Assembly (NCBI GenBank): GCA_963845065.1
Contig: CAWJQQ010000009.1
Location: 1-64,000, forward strand
Source of the DNA: Nitrospirota bacterium
Lineage (GTDB): Bacteria; Nitrospirota; UBA9217
DNA: 64,000 nt
Direction: 5' to 3'
Below the pieces are notes generated by a model that was given only the letters and a program-made list of their open reading frames with translations, had not been told where the DNA came from and ran no database searches. This document shows, one piece after another, positions 1 to 10,002 of this stretch (position 1 is the first letter of the stretch; each line of letters starts with the position of its first letter). A program made the translations under genes and the position numbers.

Positions 1-122
1 AAGAATTACGCCAGTATTGCGTATTCGTTTTGACGTGATAAGTGTACTGACTGCCGCAGCATGCGGCGCCCTATCCATGAGAAAATCGAACACAATTGAT
101 GTATCAACGATTACGCCATCAT
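1..122 (-). pseudogene. vapC: PIN-domain (VapC-like) toxin, runs off the window edge, start region frameshifted
   Basis: Minus strand reads DGVIVDTSIVFDFL (PIN N-terminal motif). The ATG overlapping the antitoxin stop (ATGA) is one base out of frame. Confidence 0.65.
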
Positions 123-339
123 TTGTGATTTTCCTCTTGCTCCTTCATCTCAAGTTTGTCAAGCTTCTTGGTAACATCGTCGATTTTTATCTTTCCCCGC
201 AACGAGAGGATCTTTTGAAGCTTTTTTTCTCGTATGAATTCCTGCATGGCGGTAACGATTGCCTTAGTCTTGGATTTTTCCCCGGACAATTTCAAAACCT
301 CGGAAATCAGCTCATCGGGATATTTAACGTAGCACGCAT
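119..339 (-). pseudogene. vapB: VapB-like (DUF2191-type) antitoxin with a 1-bp frameshift
   Basis: GGAGG RBS at 348-352. ATG at 339 gives MRATLNIP, which continues as DELISEVLKLSGEKSKTKAI only after a one-base frame change near 318. Confidence 0.7.
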
Positions 340-534
340 TTAGTGCACCTCCATAATATGCCAATATTATATGCCTAATACAACGCTAGAGTCCAAGTAT
401 ACCACATTGCCCGGATACCCTTAATTTCTTTTGGCACGCGGGGAAAAGAAGAATAATCACCGAGCAACAGCGGATGTTCGCAGTGCATTTGTTGTAAATT
501 GAGTTTAATAACGATGAAATGAGTCGGAGGGGAA

Positions 535-1536
535 ATGCTCAAAGTCGGCATTATAGGATACGGTTACTGGGGACCGAACATCGTGAGAAACTTCAACAGC
601 ATCGAGGGGAGCACGGTCCTGTCCATCTGCGACTGCAATCAGACAGCTTTGTATCGGGCACACCAGGCTTATCCGAACATTCCCGTAACGCGGGACTGGA
701 ACGATATCCTCTCTTCGCCCCAGATAGACGTGGTGGCGGTGGTCACGCCGGTATCGACCCATTTCGAACTGGCGAAAAAGGCCCTTGAAAACGGAAAACA
801 CGTGTTCGTGGAAAAGCCCTTTACGGCTACGGCAGCGGAGGCGGAGGAGCTGATAACGTTGGCGGAGAATAAGAAGCTTACCATCATGGTAGACCATACC
901 TTTCTCTTTACCGGCGCAGTCAGAAAGATCAAGGAACTTGTGCAACAGAAGGTCCTCGGAGAGCTCTACTACTATGATTCGGTCAGGGTGAACCTTGGCT
1001 TGTTCCAGAGCGATGTGAATGTGATTTGGGACCTAGCCCCCCATGACTTTGCCGTCATGGACTACCTTCTCGACGAACGGCCCATAGCTGTCTCTGCATC
1101 CGGCAAAGCGCATGTAAACGGACAGGAAGATACTGCCTACGTTACGGCCATGTTCAGCAACAACTTGATCGCCCACTTTAACGTCAACTGGTTGTCGCCC
1201 GTCAAGGTTAGGACCACACTCATTGGCGGAGAGAAAAAGATGCTTGTCTGGAACGATTTGGAAGCGGACGAGAAAATCAAGATTTACGATAAGGGAGTGG
1301 AGATCAAGAGCAAGGAAGATGATTATACATTGCGCGTCAACTATCGCTCCGGCGATATGTATTCGCCCCGCGTTGAGCAGATGGAGGCACTCAAGATAGA
1401 GACGGCGTATTTCCTGAAATGCATCAAAGAGAATACGACGCCTATCAATGACGGCCGGTCCGGCCTTCGCATTGTCAGGATGCTTGAGGCCAGCAGCGAA
1501 TCATTGAGGCAAAAAGGGAGAGAAATACCATTATGA
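535..1536 (+). CDS. Gfo/Idh/MocA NAD-dependent oxidoreductase (WbpB-like sugar dehydrogenase)
   Basis: GIIGYGYWG Rossmann motif, HVFVEKP, WDLAPHD; GGAGG RBS. Confidence 0.9.
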   Translation: MLKVGIIGYGYWGPNIVRNFNSIEGSTVLSICDCNQTALYRAHQAYPNIPVTRDWNDILSSPQIDVVAVVTPVSTHFELAKKALENGKHVFVEKPFTATAAEAEELITLAENKKLTIMVDHTFLFTGAVRKIKELVQQKVLGELYYYDSVRVNLGLFQSDVNVIWDLAPHDFAVMDYLLDERPIAVSASGKAHVNGQEDTAYVTAMFSNNLIAHFNVNWLSPVKVRTTLIGGEKKMLVWNDLEADEKIKIYDKGVEIKSKEDDYTLRVNYRSGDMYSPRVEQMEALKIETAYFLKCIKENTTPINDGRSGLRIVRMLEASSESLRQKGREIPL

Positions 1537-2012
1537 ACTATCACAGCATCGCAGACGATGTCCGGCTCGGGGAAAACGTCAAGCTTTCCAATTTCATCAA
1601 CCTGTATGGTTGCGTCATCGGCGATAATACCAAGATCGGCACCTTCGTCGAGGTGCAGAAAAACGCCTTTATCGGCAAGAATTGCAAGATCCAGAGCCAC
1701 ACGTTTATTTGTGAAGGGGTGACCATAGAGGATGAAGTCTTCGTCGGCCACGGCGTAACGTTCATCAACGACAAGTTCCCGCGGGCCACGAGCGGGAATG
1801 GCGGGCTGCAGACCGAGGCGGACTGGACCGTGGTCCCTACACTAGTAAAAAAGGGAGCCTCAGTAGGATCCGGCTCGACGATCCTCTGCAACGTCACGAT
1901 TGGAGAGAATGCAATCGTCGGCTCGGGAAGCGTAGTGACGAAAGACGTTCCTCCCGGCGTCATTGTCGCGGGAAATCCAGCCAGGTTCATCAGGAAGATC
2001 ACGCATGGATGA
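1533..2012 (+). CDS. Hexapeptide-repeat N-acetyltransferase (WbpD-like)
   Basis: Left-handed beta-helix hexapeptide repeats, VVTKDVP...AGNPAR. Confidence 0.9.
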   Translation: MNYHSIADDVRLGENVKLSNFINLYGCVIGDNTKIGTFVEVQKNAFIGKNCKIQSHTFICEGVTIEDEVFVGHGVTFINDKFPRATSGNGGLQTEADWTVVPTLVKKGASVGSGSTILCNVTIGENAIVGSGSVVTKDVPPGVIVAGNPARFIRKITHG

Positions 2013-3255
2013 GCGGGTACCTTTTCTCGATTTATCGCTGCAGCATCGCGAGTTGGAAACAGAGCTCGTCGCCGTCTTCCGCGATGCTCTTAAAACCGGC
2101 CAGTTCATCGGCGGGCCGATGGTCGAGGCATTCGAGAAGGACTTCGCTTCATTCTGCGGCACGAAGCATGCGATAGGCGTCGGCAGCGGAACGGATGCCC
2201 TGCGCTTCGCCTTGATCGCGGCGGGCGTGAAACACGGTGACGTGGTGCTGACCGTGCCCAATACGTTCATCGCCACGACGGAGGCGATCTCACAGGCGGG
2301 CTCGGATATCGAATTCATCGATGTCGATGAGAGAACGTACAACATGGATACAGGGAAACTCCGGACTTTCCTGGAGATGGACTGTATCTTCGAGTCCACA
2401 ACAGGTAGAACCATACATCGTTCGACTGGGAGAACCATTAAGGCGATAATTCCTGTACATCTCTTTGGCCAGATTGCCGATATGGACGAGATAAAGAATC
2501 TGGCGGAACAGTATCGGCTTATCATTATAGAGGACGCCTGTCAGGCCCACGGCGCTCTCTATTTTTCGAAAAGTAAAAATCAATGGAGGAAAGCAGGCTC
2601 CATGGGAAGAGCGGCTGCGTTCAGCTTTTATCCAGGAAAAAACCTCGGGGCATTCGGAGAAGCGGGCGCGGTCACGACCGATGACGATAAAATTGCCGGG
2701 ACGATCCGAATGCTACGCGACCATGGCCAGAGCAAGAAATATTGTCATGAAATGGAAGGGTACAACGGAAGGCTCGACGCTATCCAGGCAGGCATCCTGC
2801 GGATCAAGCTTGGACGGCTTGCGTCATGGAATGACGAGCGGAGACAGATCGCGCAACGTTATAATGAACTGCTTGCATCTGTCGATGGCGTCCGTGTTCC
2901 GTTCGAGCCTGAATGGAGCAAAGCCGTTTACCATTTATATGTGATCCAGGCTAAACACAGGGATGCCCTCCAGTCGTACCTGGCGGAGAGGAACATATCA
3001 ACGGGCCTGCATTATCCTATCCCGCTTCACATGCAAAAAGCTTATGCAGGCGCTAAATATGCCACTCGAAATCTCGTTGTCTCAGAGCTGGCGGCGCAGG
3101 AAATCCTTTCCCTTCCCATTTTCCCGGGAATGACGGAATCACAGCAGAATCAGGTTGTGGACGGCATCCGGAATTTTATGAATAACCATGCCGGGGGTGA
3201 GATAGCTAGAAATGAAACAATTGTTCCTGCTGCGTCTACACAAGGCGTGCAATAA
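2005..3255 (+). CDS. DegT/DnrJ/EryC1/StrS PLP aminotransferase (WbpE-like)
   Basis: EDACQAHG, FSFYPGKNLGAFGEAG; start taken at MDERVPF. Confidence 0.92.
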   Translation: MDERVPFLDLSLQHRELETELVAVFRDALKTGQFIGGPMVEAFEKDFASFCGTKHAIGVGSGTDALRFALIAAGVKHGDVVLTVPNTFIATTEAISQAGSDIEFIDVDERTYNMDTGKLRTFLEMDCIFESTTGRTIHRSTGRTIKAIIPVHLFGQIADMDEIKNLAEQYRLIIIEDACQAHGALYFSKSKNQWRKAGSMGRAAAFSFYPGKNLGAFGEAGAVTTDDDKIAGTIRMLRDHGQSKKYCHEMEGYNGRLDAIQAGILRIKLGRLASWNDERRQIAQRYNELLASVDGVRVPFEPEWSKAVYHLYVIQAKHRDALQSYLAERNISTGLHYPIPLHMQKAYAGAKYATRNLVVSELAAQEILSLPIFPGMTESQQNQVVDGIRNFMNNHAGGEIARNETIVPAASTQGVQ

Positions 3256-3279
3256 ATACCAAGTATTTCCTAGACGTGT

Positions 3280-4347
3280 ATGTCTCATAGATCAAATAGC
3301 ACGCTTATGAATATTGATCATGAGAGCATTAACCCGATTGAGTACCCGGGGTGGGATGACTTATTGCTCTCCCAGCCGGATTATTCATTCTTCCATTCAT
3401 CGCACTGGGCGAGAGTGCTGCACGATTCCTACGGCTATAAGCCCTGTTACTTCTCGATCATCGACAATCAAAAACTGTCCGCCTGCATTCCTGTCATGGA
3501 GATCAAGAGCGTCCTCACGGGAACGCGGGGAGTGTCCCTGCCTTTCACTGATTACTGCATTCCCTTTGTCCCTACCGAAATCTCCCTAGACGATATATTC
3601 CACGGGCTTGTGCAATATGGTGTGAAGGCAGGCTGGCAGTCGATTGAAATGCGAGGAGGAGAAAAGCTTCCACAGCACTGGCCCGGTCATTCCAGCTACT
3701 ACGGTCATACGCTGGCTCTTCATTCTTATGAAGCAGCCCTTTTTTCAAACGTCAAGGATAGCACGCAGAGAAACATCAGGAAAGCGCAACGTGAAGGCGT
3801 AACAGTTACAATGAGCAGTGAACCAGATGCTACGGAGGAATTCTACCGTTTGAACTGCATCACCAGAAAAGTCCATGGACTGCCGCCTCAACCGATCTAT
3901 TTCTTCAAGAAAATTCAAGAGCATGTTCTCTCCACGGGCCATGGATTCATAGCACTTGCCCGCCACCAAGGCAAAACCATCGCAGGTGCCGTCTATTTCC
4001 ACTTCGGGAAAAGAGCACTGTATAAATATGGCGCATCGAACCCGCAGTACCTGCACGTGAGGCCCAACGATCTGGTCATGTGGGAAGCCATTAAATGGTT
4101 CCGCAGTCAGGGATATGAAAGCCTCTGTTTCGGCAGAACCGAGCAGGAGAATGCTGGACTGCGGGCTTTTAAGATCGGATGGGGTGCCGAGGAACGAGTT
4201 ATCCGGTATGCCTTGTACGATATGAAGCAAAAGAAGTTTAAGCCTGGAAACCCGAACAGAAGGACCGTCAGCGCGGCGATACTAAAGAGGATGCCAGTAC
4301 CGTTTTTGAAATTTATTGGCAAGGCATTGTATAAACATGTGGGCTAA
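3280..4347 (+). CDS. FemAB-related GNAT protein, PEP-CTERM/EPS-associated
   Basis: VSLPFTDY, QRNIRKA, FGRT...GLRAFKIGWGA. Confidence 0.8.
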   Translation: MSHRSNSTLMNIDHESINPIEYPGWDDLLLSQPDYSFFHSSHWARVLHDSYGYKPCYFSIIDNQKLSACIPVMEIKSVLTGTRGVSLPFTDYCIPFVPTEISLDDIFHGLVQYGVKAGWQSIEMRGGEKLPQHWPGHSSYYGHTLALHSYEAALFSNVKDSTQRNIRKAQREGVTVTMSSEPDATEEFYRLNCITRKVHGLPPQPIYFFKKIQEHVLSTGHGFIALARHQGKTIAGAVYFHFGKRALYKYGASNPQYLHVRPNDLVMWEAIKWFRSQGYESLCFGRTEQENAGLRAFKIGWGAEERVIRYALYDMKQKKFKPGNPNRRTVSAAILKRMPVPFLKFIGKALYKHVG

Positions 4348-4372
4348 ACCGAAAAACCTAAAGGATGAGACG

Positions 4373-5326
4373 ATGAGCGCCGATCATCACAGCTGCATTT
4401 ATTATTATTATCTTATAAAACCGTTTATACCGCGGGCAGTGCAGATATTTTTGCGGAGAAAGCTCGTCCGGTATCAGATGGAGAAATACAAGAACATCTG
4501 GCCCATTGATGAGAAAGCCGGGAAGGCCCCGGAGGGTTGGTCGGGATGGCCTGATGGCAAAAAATTCGCTTTGGTTCTTACGCACGATGTTGATACGTCG
4601 GTTGGCCATGAACGATGCCTTGATCTCGCCATGTTGGAGGAACAGCTGGGATTCCGGTCATCTTTCAATTTTGTCCCCTTGAGATATAATGTTTCGGCGG
4701 AGGTCAGGTCAAAGCTTGAGCAGCGGGGGTTTGAAATAGGGCTGCATGGCCTCTATCACGACGGGCAGTACTACCGGTCTAAAGAAATATTTCGAGAGCG
4801 CGCACATAAGATCAACGAGTATATCAAGGAATGGAAATGCGCGGGATACCGGGCCCCCAGCATGTACCACAAATTGGACTGGTTTCACGATCTCAATATA
4901 CAATATGACGCTTCAACGTTCGACAGTGATCCCTTTGAGCCGTATTCGAAGGGCGTGGGGACCATATTCCCCTTTATCGTCACCTGCGATGATCCGAAAC
5001 ACTCATATGTGGAGCTACCGTATACTCTTCCCCAGGATTATACGCTGTTTATCCTTATGCAGATGAACTCTATTGATGTCTGGAAACGGAAGCTGGAATG
5101 GGTCGTCAAGCACGGCGGGGTTGTTCTCATGAACACCCACCCCGACTATATGAATTTCAAGGGAACAAAAAATAGCATCGAAGAATACTCAGCCTGTTTT
5201 TATCAAGAGATCCTCATGCATATTCAGTCGAACTACGCGGGGCAATATTGGCATGTTCTGCCGAAAGAGCTGGCACGTTTCTGGAGGAACAATCATAAGA
5301 GAAACGATGATGGCAGTGCTGGGTAA
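4373..5326 (+). CDS. Polysaccharide deacetylase-like protein
   Basis: LTHDVD, EIGLHG, GYRAP, ELPYTLPQD, NTHP motifs. Confidence 0.75.
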   Translation: MSADHHSCIYYYYLIKPFIPRAVQIFLRRKLVRYQMEKYKNIWPIDEKAGKAPEGWSGWPDGKKFALVLTHDVDTSVGHERCLDLAMLEEQLGFRSSFNFVPLRYNVSAEVRSKLEQRGFEIGLHGLYHDGQYYRSKEIFRERAHKINEYIKEWKCAGYRAPSMYHKLDWFHDLNIQYDASTFDSDPFEPYSKGVGTIFPFIVTCDDPKHSYVELPYTLPQDYTLFILMQMNSIDVWKRKLEWVVKHGGVVLMNTHPDYMNFKGTKNSIEEYSACFYQEILMHIQSNYAGQYWHVLPKELARFWRNNHKRNDDGSAG

Positions 5327-5462
5327 TACGTCAATTTTTGGCTTTTGTCCGATCGTGATGGGTTTGGCTAACCACCTGGAATACTTTTCAGTAATCTGTC
5401 AGATATTGCGAGAACCAAATATTACTGCAGGAGCAGCATGATGTTGTGAGTATGGAACGCCT

Positions 5463-6522
5463 ATGAATTCAGATACGGAAATTGACAGGGCCCAACTCGA
5501 GGTCCTCTCGGTAGCGGAAGGTTTTTTCCAGTCAAGTGTTCTCTTTGCATTGCTCAAATTGGAAATATTTGAGCATATCGGTAGAAGACGGTAAGACCGT
5601 GAATGATCTCGCATCGGTTTTGAATGCGCGGCCCGAAACTCTCTCGCGTCTGCTGAATGCCGGCGTGGTGCTTAAGCTGCTTGAATCGACGGATGGTCTT
5701 CATTACAGCGTGTCATCTGCATGCCGGTCCGTTTTGCTCCCTGCCGCTGGTGAGAATTACCTTGGTAATTGGATTCGTAACCTCGACTATTTCCGTCTTG
5801 CGCTATCGACTCTCGATGAGGCCGTATTAAAAGCTGAACCAACCGTAGACCCCGAGGCCTATGTTGGAGAAGATAAAAATATCACCAGGGAATACATATT
5901 GGCGATGCATAATTATGCATCACACCGCGGCAAGGAATTGGCGCGCTTTCTCAACACGAAGAATTGCAGCACGTTGCTGGACCTGGGCTGCGGCCCCGGT
6001 ACTTATGCTTTTCAGCTGGCCTTGCAGAACCCAAATCTCCACCTGTTCCTTCTGGACCATCCCGGCGTTTTGGAAATTGCCAGAGAAGTCAAAGAGAGAT
6101 ATCAGATCGATAATGAGGTCCATTACCTGCCGTTCGACGCCCTGAAGGATGAAATCCCCGGGGCTTACGACGTGATACTGATCTCAAACATGCTTCATAT
6201 GCTGAGTGAACAGGAAAGCTCCGACCTCGTTAAACGCCTATACAAGTCAACCAATCCGGGGGGCTCTCTTGTCATACAAGCCCAGTATTTGCAAGATGAT
6301 CGTATGGGTAGGAGATGGCCGGTTCTGCTCGACCTTATCCAGCTTTGCATTACAGCAAAAGGGAGAAATCATTCAGTCGGAGAAACGAAGCGCTGGATGA
6401 GCAACGCCGGTTTCACAGATATCGAATATTGCTCCATGACACTGCTCAACACCAATAGTTTTTTGCGGGGATATAGAGGACAAGAAGGGCTTGCTGCCCG
6501 AACAGCATTGCAAAAGGTCTGA
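5463..6522 (+). CDS. O-methyltransferase family 2 (dimerisation plus SAM domain), frameshifted near 5583
   Basis: ATG 5463 gives ...EGFFQSSVLFALLKLEIFEHIG, and removing one base at ~5583 joins it to the EDGKTV... ORF with LDLGCGPG and SNMLH. Confidence 0.8.
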
Positions 6523-6583
6523 ATGAATCAGGAAAATTACTTTCCGGGAACGGTCATGTCATTACGGAAAAGGAGCTGAAATA

Positions 6584-6853
6584 ATGACGGAAGAGGAATC
6601 AATCAAAAAATTTATTGGCGCGGAACTGATGAGGCATAAAGATAAAGACAAGCTGAAGATCACGGATAATTTAATTGAAAGCGGCATTATAGACTCCCTA
6701 GGCATTCAGAAACTGATCGCGTATCTGGAGTCGTCTTTTTCCATCAATATCGCTGATATCGAGGTACTCCCGGAGAATTTTGAAACAGTCCAGAGCATCT
6801 CATCCTTTGTAAGGAACAAGATGACCGGGACAATGAACAAATCATGCCCTTGA
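6584..6853 (+). CDS. Stand-alone acyl/peptidyl carrier protein
   Basis: GIIDSLG phosphopantetheine site, PENFETV; AGGAG RBS. Confidence 0.9.
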   Translation: MTEEESIKKFIGAELMRHKDKDKLKITDNLIESGIIDSLGIQKLIAYLESSFSINIADIEVLPENFETVQSISSFVRNKMTGTMNKSCP

Positions 6854-6915
6854 AATTATCCGTGGTCACTGCAAAACAAATTTTCATGCGAAAATTTCCT
6901 TATGCGTAACGGCCC

Positions 6916-7560
6916 ATGATCGACGTTATTCGAATGCGTAGTATTCAAATATACGAGTTTGTCCGGACGAATGGCTGGTCTTCTTTCTTCAAGGAGGTTG
7001 TCTATCGAAGGAGAAAAGCCATTGTCGTTAAGAAAGACTTAAGCGAAACGAAGGACCGAACAGATGTATTAAAACAATTTAATGTTGAATTTGTTGAAAT
7101 AGACCGTGAGTGTATTTCGTGCAAGAAATATCAATACCGGTTTAAAAACAGATATCTTAAGGCATTGTACTATTTGGAGAAAGGATATGGAGGACACGCA
7201 ATCGTGAAGGGAGGCGAGATTATTGGGGATATATGGTACTTTGCCCCCGATAGGTCCCAGGGTGACCATCCCGATCCCAAATGGCTGGACATCCAATTAT
7301 CGAGCAACGATATTTATTCTTTTGACATATTCTTAATACTCCCTGAAAGAGGAAACAATTTTTCAGCATTACTTCAAAATAATGCCATGCATGCCTTGTA
7401 TAAAAAAGGGTACGAGAATGCTTTTGCATTCTACTGGGCCGATAATATTCCGGCGGTCTGGAATACTCGAGTTATCAACAAATGGAAGGAACTGAAGTCT
7501 CTGCGCATGAACAGATTTTTGTTTTTGAAGAAGTCTGACGGATATTCCGGTACAAGTTAA
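6916..7560 (+). CDS. Hypothetical protein, probable GNAT-like fold
   Basis: DIFLILPERGN resembles GNAT motif A; ADNIPA follows. Confidence 0.5.
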   Translation: MIDVIRMRSIQIYEFVRTNGWSSFFKEVVYRRRKAIVVKKDLSETKDRTDVLKQFNVEFVEIDRECISCKKYQYRFKNRYLKALYYLEKGYGGHAIVKGGEIIGDIWYFAPDRSQGDHPDPKWLDIQLSSNDIYSFDIFLILPERGNNFSALLQNNAMHALYKKGYENAFAFYWADNIPAVWNTRVINKWKELKSLRMNRFLFLKKSDGYSGTS

Positions 7561-7580
7561 CGGATATCAAGGAGTTATCG

Positions 7581-8606
7581 ATGAATAGAGAATACATCCC
7601 CATGGTACCCCAAAGAAAGGCATCGCTACCGAAAGTATACGGTGACACGCCTTCTTTTCTCGGGATCCCCGTCCTCGATCCACAATCCCTGACCAGGGGT
7701 TATGATGTCATTGTTGCCGGCGTGCCGTGGGAAGGAACGGTGACCTGGGGAACCTTTTCGGGATGCGAACTTGCTCCCCGTACGATCCGTCATGCATCTG
7801 CCCGGTACGGCGGTTTTTTGCCCGAATATGAAATGGACCTGTTTGATCACCTGAAGCTCGGCGACATTGGGGATATATCTGTAAGCCCCCACAGCGCCTG
7901 TGAAACTATGAAGAACGTGTATCAAATGGCTGACAGCATCTATAAGAACGGGAGCATTCCGTTTGTGCTGGGTGGAGACCATTCCTTTACGCCGGAAATT
8001 ATCAGGTCTTTGAATGATAACGATGACGGCGAAATCGGAGTAATACATTTTGATGCGCATTTCGACAATTCAAGTAATTTCGGAGACGATGTATACCCGA
8101 GGTGCGGTCCGATCCATAGGATTGCCCAGATTGAAAAAGTACGGAAGAAGAGCATTGTTCACGTGGGCATTCGGGGGCCGAGGAACTCGCCGGCACAGTA
8201 TGAGTATGCAAAGAGCATGGGCGCGAGGATATTCACTATAAAGGAGATACGGGAAAAAGGGATTGATGCCGTCATCGAAGAGGCTCTTGCCAGGGCCCAT
8301 GAGAAAACAAAACACGTATTCGTGACGATATGCAGTGATTGCATAGATGCAGGATTCAATCCTGGCGGGCCGGCCGATTTTAACGGGCTTTTCCCCAATG
8401 AACTCCTTACCTCGCTCCACAAGATCGGGGTTTCCGGCATATCGGGCCTCGATTATGTTGAAGTGTATCCTACGCAAGACCCTCAGGGATTCTCTTCCCA
8501 CCTGGCTTCGTGGGGAATTATCTATCTTCTTGTCGGGATGGCTTCGAGAAAAAGAAACCAACAGGGTCAAACTCAAGTCCCTGAGATCGAAAACCTGATG
8601 ATCTAA
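7581..8606 (+). CDS. Ureohydrolase (agmatinase/arginase family), atypical metal site
   Basis: GVPWE, APRTIR, LGGDHS, HFDAHFD, GIRG, DYVEVYP; TICSDCID in place of the usual SxDxDxxD. Confidence 0.85.
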   Translation: MNREYIPMVPQRKASLPKVYGDTPSFLGIPVLDPQSLTRGYDVIVAGVPWEGTVTWGTFSGCELAPRTIRHASARYGGFLPEYEMDLFDHLKLGDIGDISVSPHSACETMKNVYQMADSIYKNGSIPFVLGGDHSFTPEIIRSLNDNDDGEIGVIHFDAHFDNSSNFGDDVYPRCGPIHRIAQIEKVRKKSIVHVGIRGPRNSPAQYEYAKSMGARIFTIKEIREKGIDAVIEEALARAHEKTKHVFVTICSDCIDAGFNPGGPADFNGLFPNELLTSLHKIGVSGISGLDYVEVYPTQDPQGFSSHLASWGIIYLLVGMASRKRNQQGQTQVPEIENLMI

Positions 8607-8693
8607 GAAACACGAAGGACTGAAGCTAAGTCACAATAAAAAGGCTGGATCAATCAGTCATTTCGATCCAAGGAACACAACTTTGAGAAAACG

Positions 8694-9833
8694 ATGGAAT
8701 TAACCGAAGATCAGCGAGAGTTTAAAGAACTTGCCGTTAAGTTCGCCAACAGCGAACTGAATGACAAGGCGAGAGAACGGGAAAAAAACTGTGAGTTCAA
8801 CACTGACGGGTGGAAGAAATGCGCTGAATTCGGGATCCAAGGGCTTTCCATGCCCGAACAATATGGCGGACTCGGCAGGGACATCCTGACATGCATCGCT
8901 GCGATGGAGGGGTTGGGCTATGCGTGCAAGGACAGCGGATTACTGTTCGCGCTTAACACGCACATGTGGACATGCGAAGCGCCGATCCTGAAATTTGGCA
9001 CAGACGCGCAAAAAGAAAAATTCCTTCCCCGTCTTATTACTGGTTCGTTTAAAGGCGGCCATGCAATAACGGAACCCGGCTCGGGATCCGATGCGTTTAA
9101 CATGAAATGCAAAGCCGTAAAAAAAGGGAGCGCCTACGTTCTTAACGGCACCAAGATGTTCATCACCAACGCACCGATCGCCGATATTCTCCTGGTCTTC
9201 GCCATCACCGATCCGCACAAGGGTTTTGCCGGTATTTCCGCCTTTATTGTCGAGAAGGGGTTCCCTGGTTTTTCTGTAGGAAAGCCTTTGGAAATGATGG
9301 GGCTCAAAACCTGCCCGGTCGGAGAGGTCGTTCTCAGTGACTGCGAAGTACCTGAGGAAAACCGGCTTGGCAAAGAGGGCGCCGGCGCGGCCATTTTCAA
9401 TTCGGAAATGGAGTGGGAGAGAAGTTGTCTGTTTGCCACGCAACTTGGGTCCATGGAGAAAGCGCTGGAAGAATGTATCAAGTATGCGAACGTTCGGGAG
9501 CAGTTCGGTAAGCCGATCGGAAAGCACCAGTCTATATCCCATAAACTGGCCGATATGAAAGTCCGCATCGATCTGTCACGGCTCGTCCTCTATAATGTCG
9601 CTTCGATGAAGGCCCAGGGTAAGCGGGCGCCGCTGGAGTCCGCCATAGCCAAATTGTTCATCAGTGAAAGTTACGTACAGAACTGTTCCGATGCCCTTCA
9701 GATTCATGGAGCGTACGGATATTCGGTCGAATACGATTTCGAACGTAACCTTCGTGACGCCATCGCAGGGAAGATTTATTCCGGAACGTCGGAGATCCAG
9801 AGAAATATCATCGCATCTTTTCTCGGACTGTGA
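8694..9833 (+). CDS. Acyl-CoA dehydrogenase family, L-prolyl-PCP dehydrogenase-like
   Basis: ITEPGSGSD, NGTKMFITN, REQFGKPIG, MEWERSCLFA, IYSGTSEIQ. Confidence 0.85.
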   Translation: MELTEDQREFKELAVKFANSELNDKAREREKNCEFNTDGWKKCAEFGIQGLSMPEQYGGLGRDILTCIAAMEGLGYACKDSGLLFALNTHMWTCEAPILKFGTDAQKEKFLPRLITGSFKGGHAITEPGSGSDAFNMKCKAVKKGSAYVLNGTKMFITNAPIADILLVFAITDPHKGFAGISAFIVEKGFPGFSVGKPLEMMGLKTCPVGEVVLSDCEVPEENRLGKEGAGAAIFNSEMEWERSCLFATQLGSMEKALEECIKYANVREQFGKPIGKHQSISHKLADMKVRIDLSRLVLYNVASMKAQGKRAPLESAIAKLFISESYVQNCSDALQIHGAYGYSVEYDFERNLRDAIAGKIYSGTSEIQRNIIASFLGL

Positions 9834-10002
9834 TGTCCCGCCAGAGTTTCGATGAGTTCATACTATTCCATTTAGGCATGTGTGCTGCACGAGTCGAAAC
9901 GAACTGCATGGGTTGGATGAGGGGCCATTCCGCAGAATGCTTAAAAAAACCCCGCATAAATGCGTAACCTGGGCCGGTTTGACGGAGAAGGTGTAAATAT
10001 CC

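Noticed and set aside
17..343. 108-aa + strand ORF and the many other short ORFs overlapping called genes
   Set aside because: Shadow frames of better-supported genes, with no motifs or RBS.
431..450. TTGGCACG as a sigma54 -24 box for the EPS operon
   Set aside because: No GC at the required -12 spacing.
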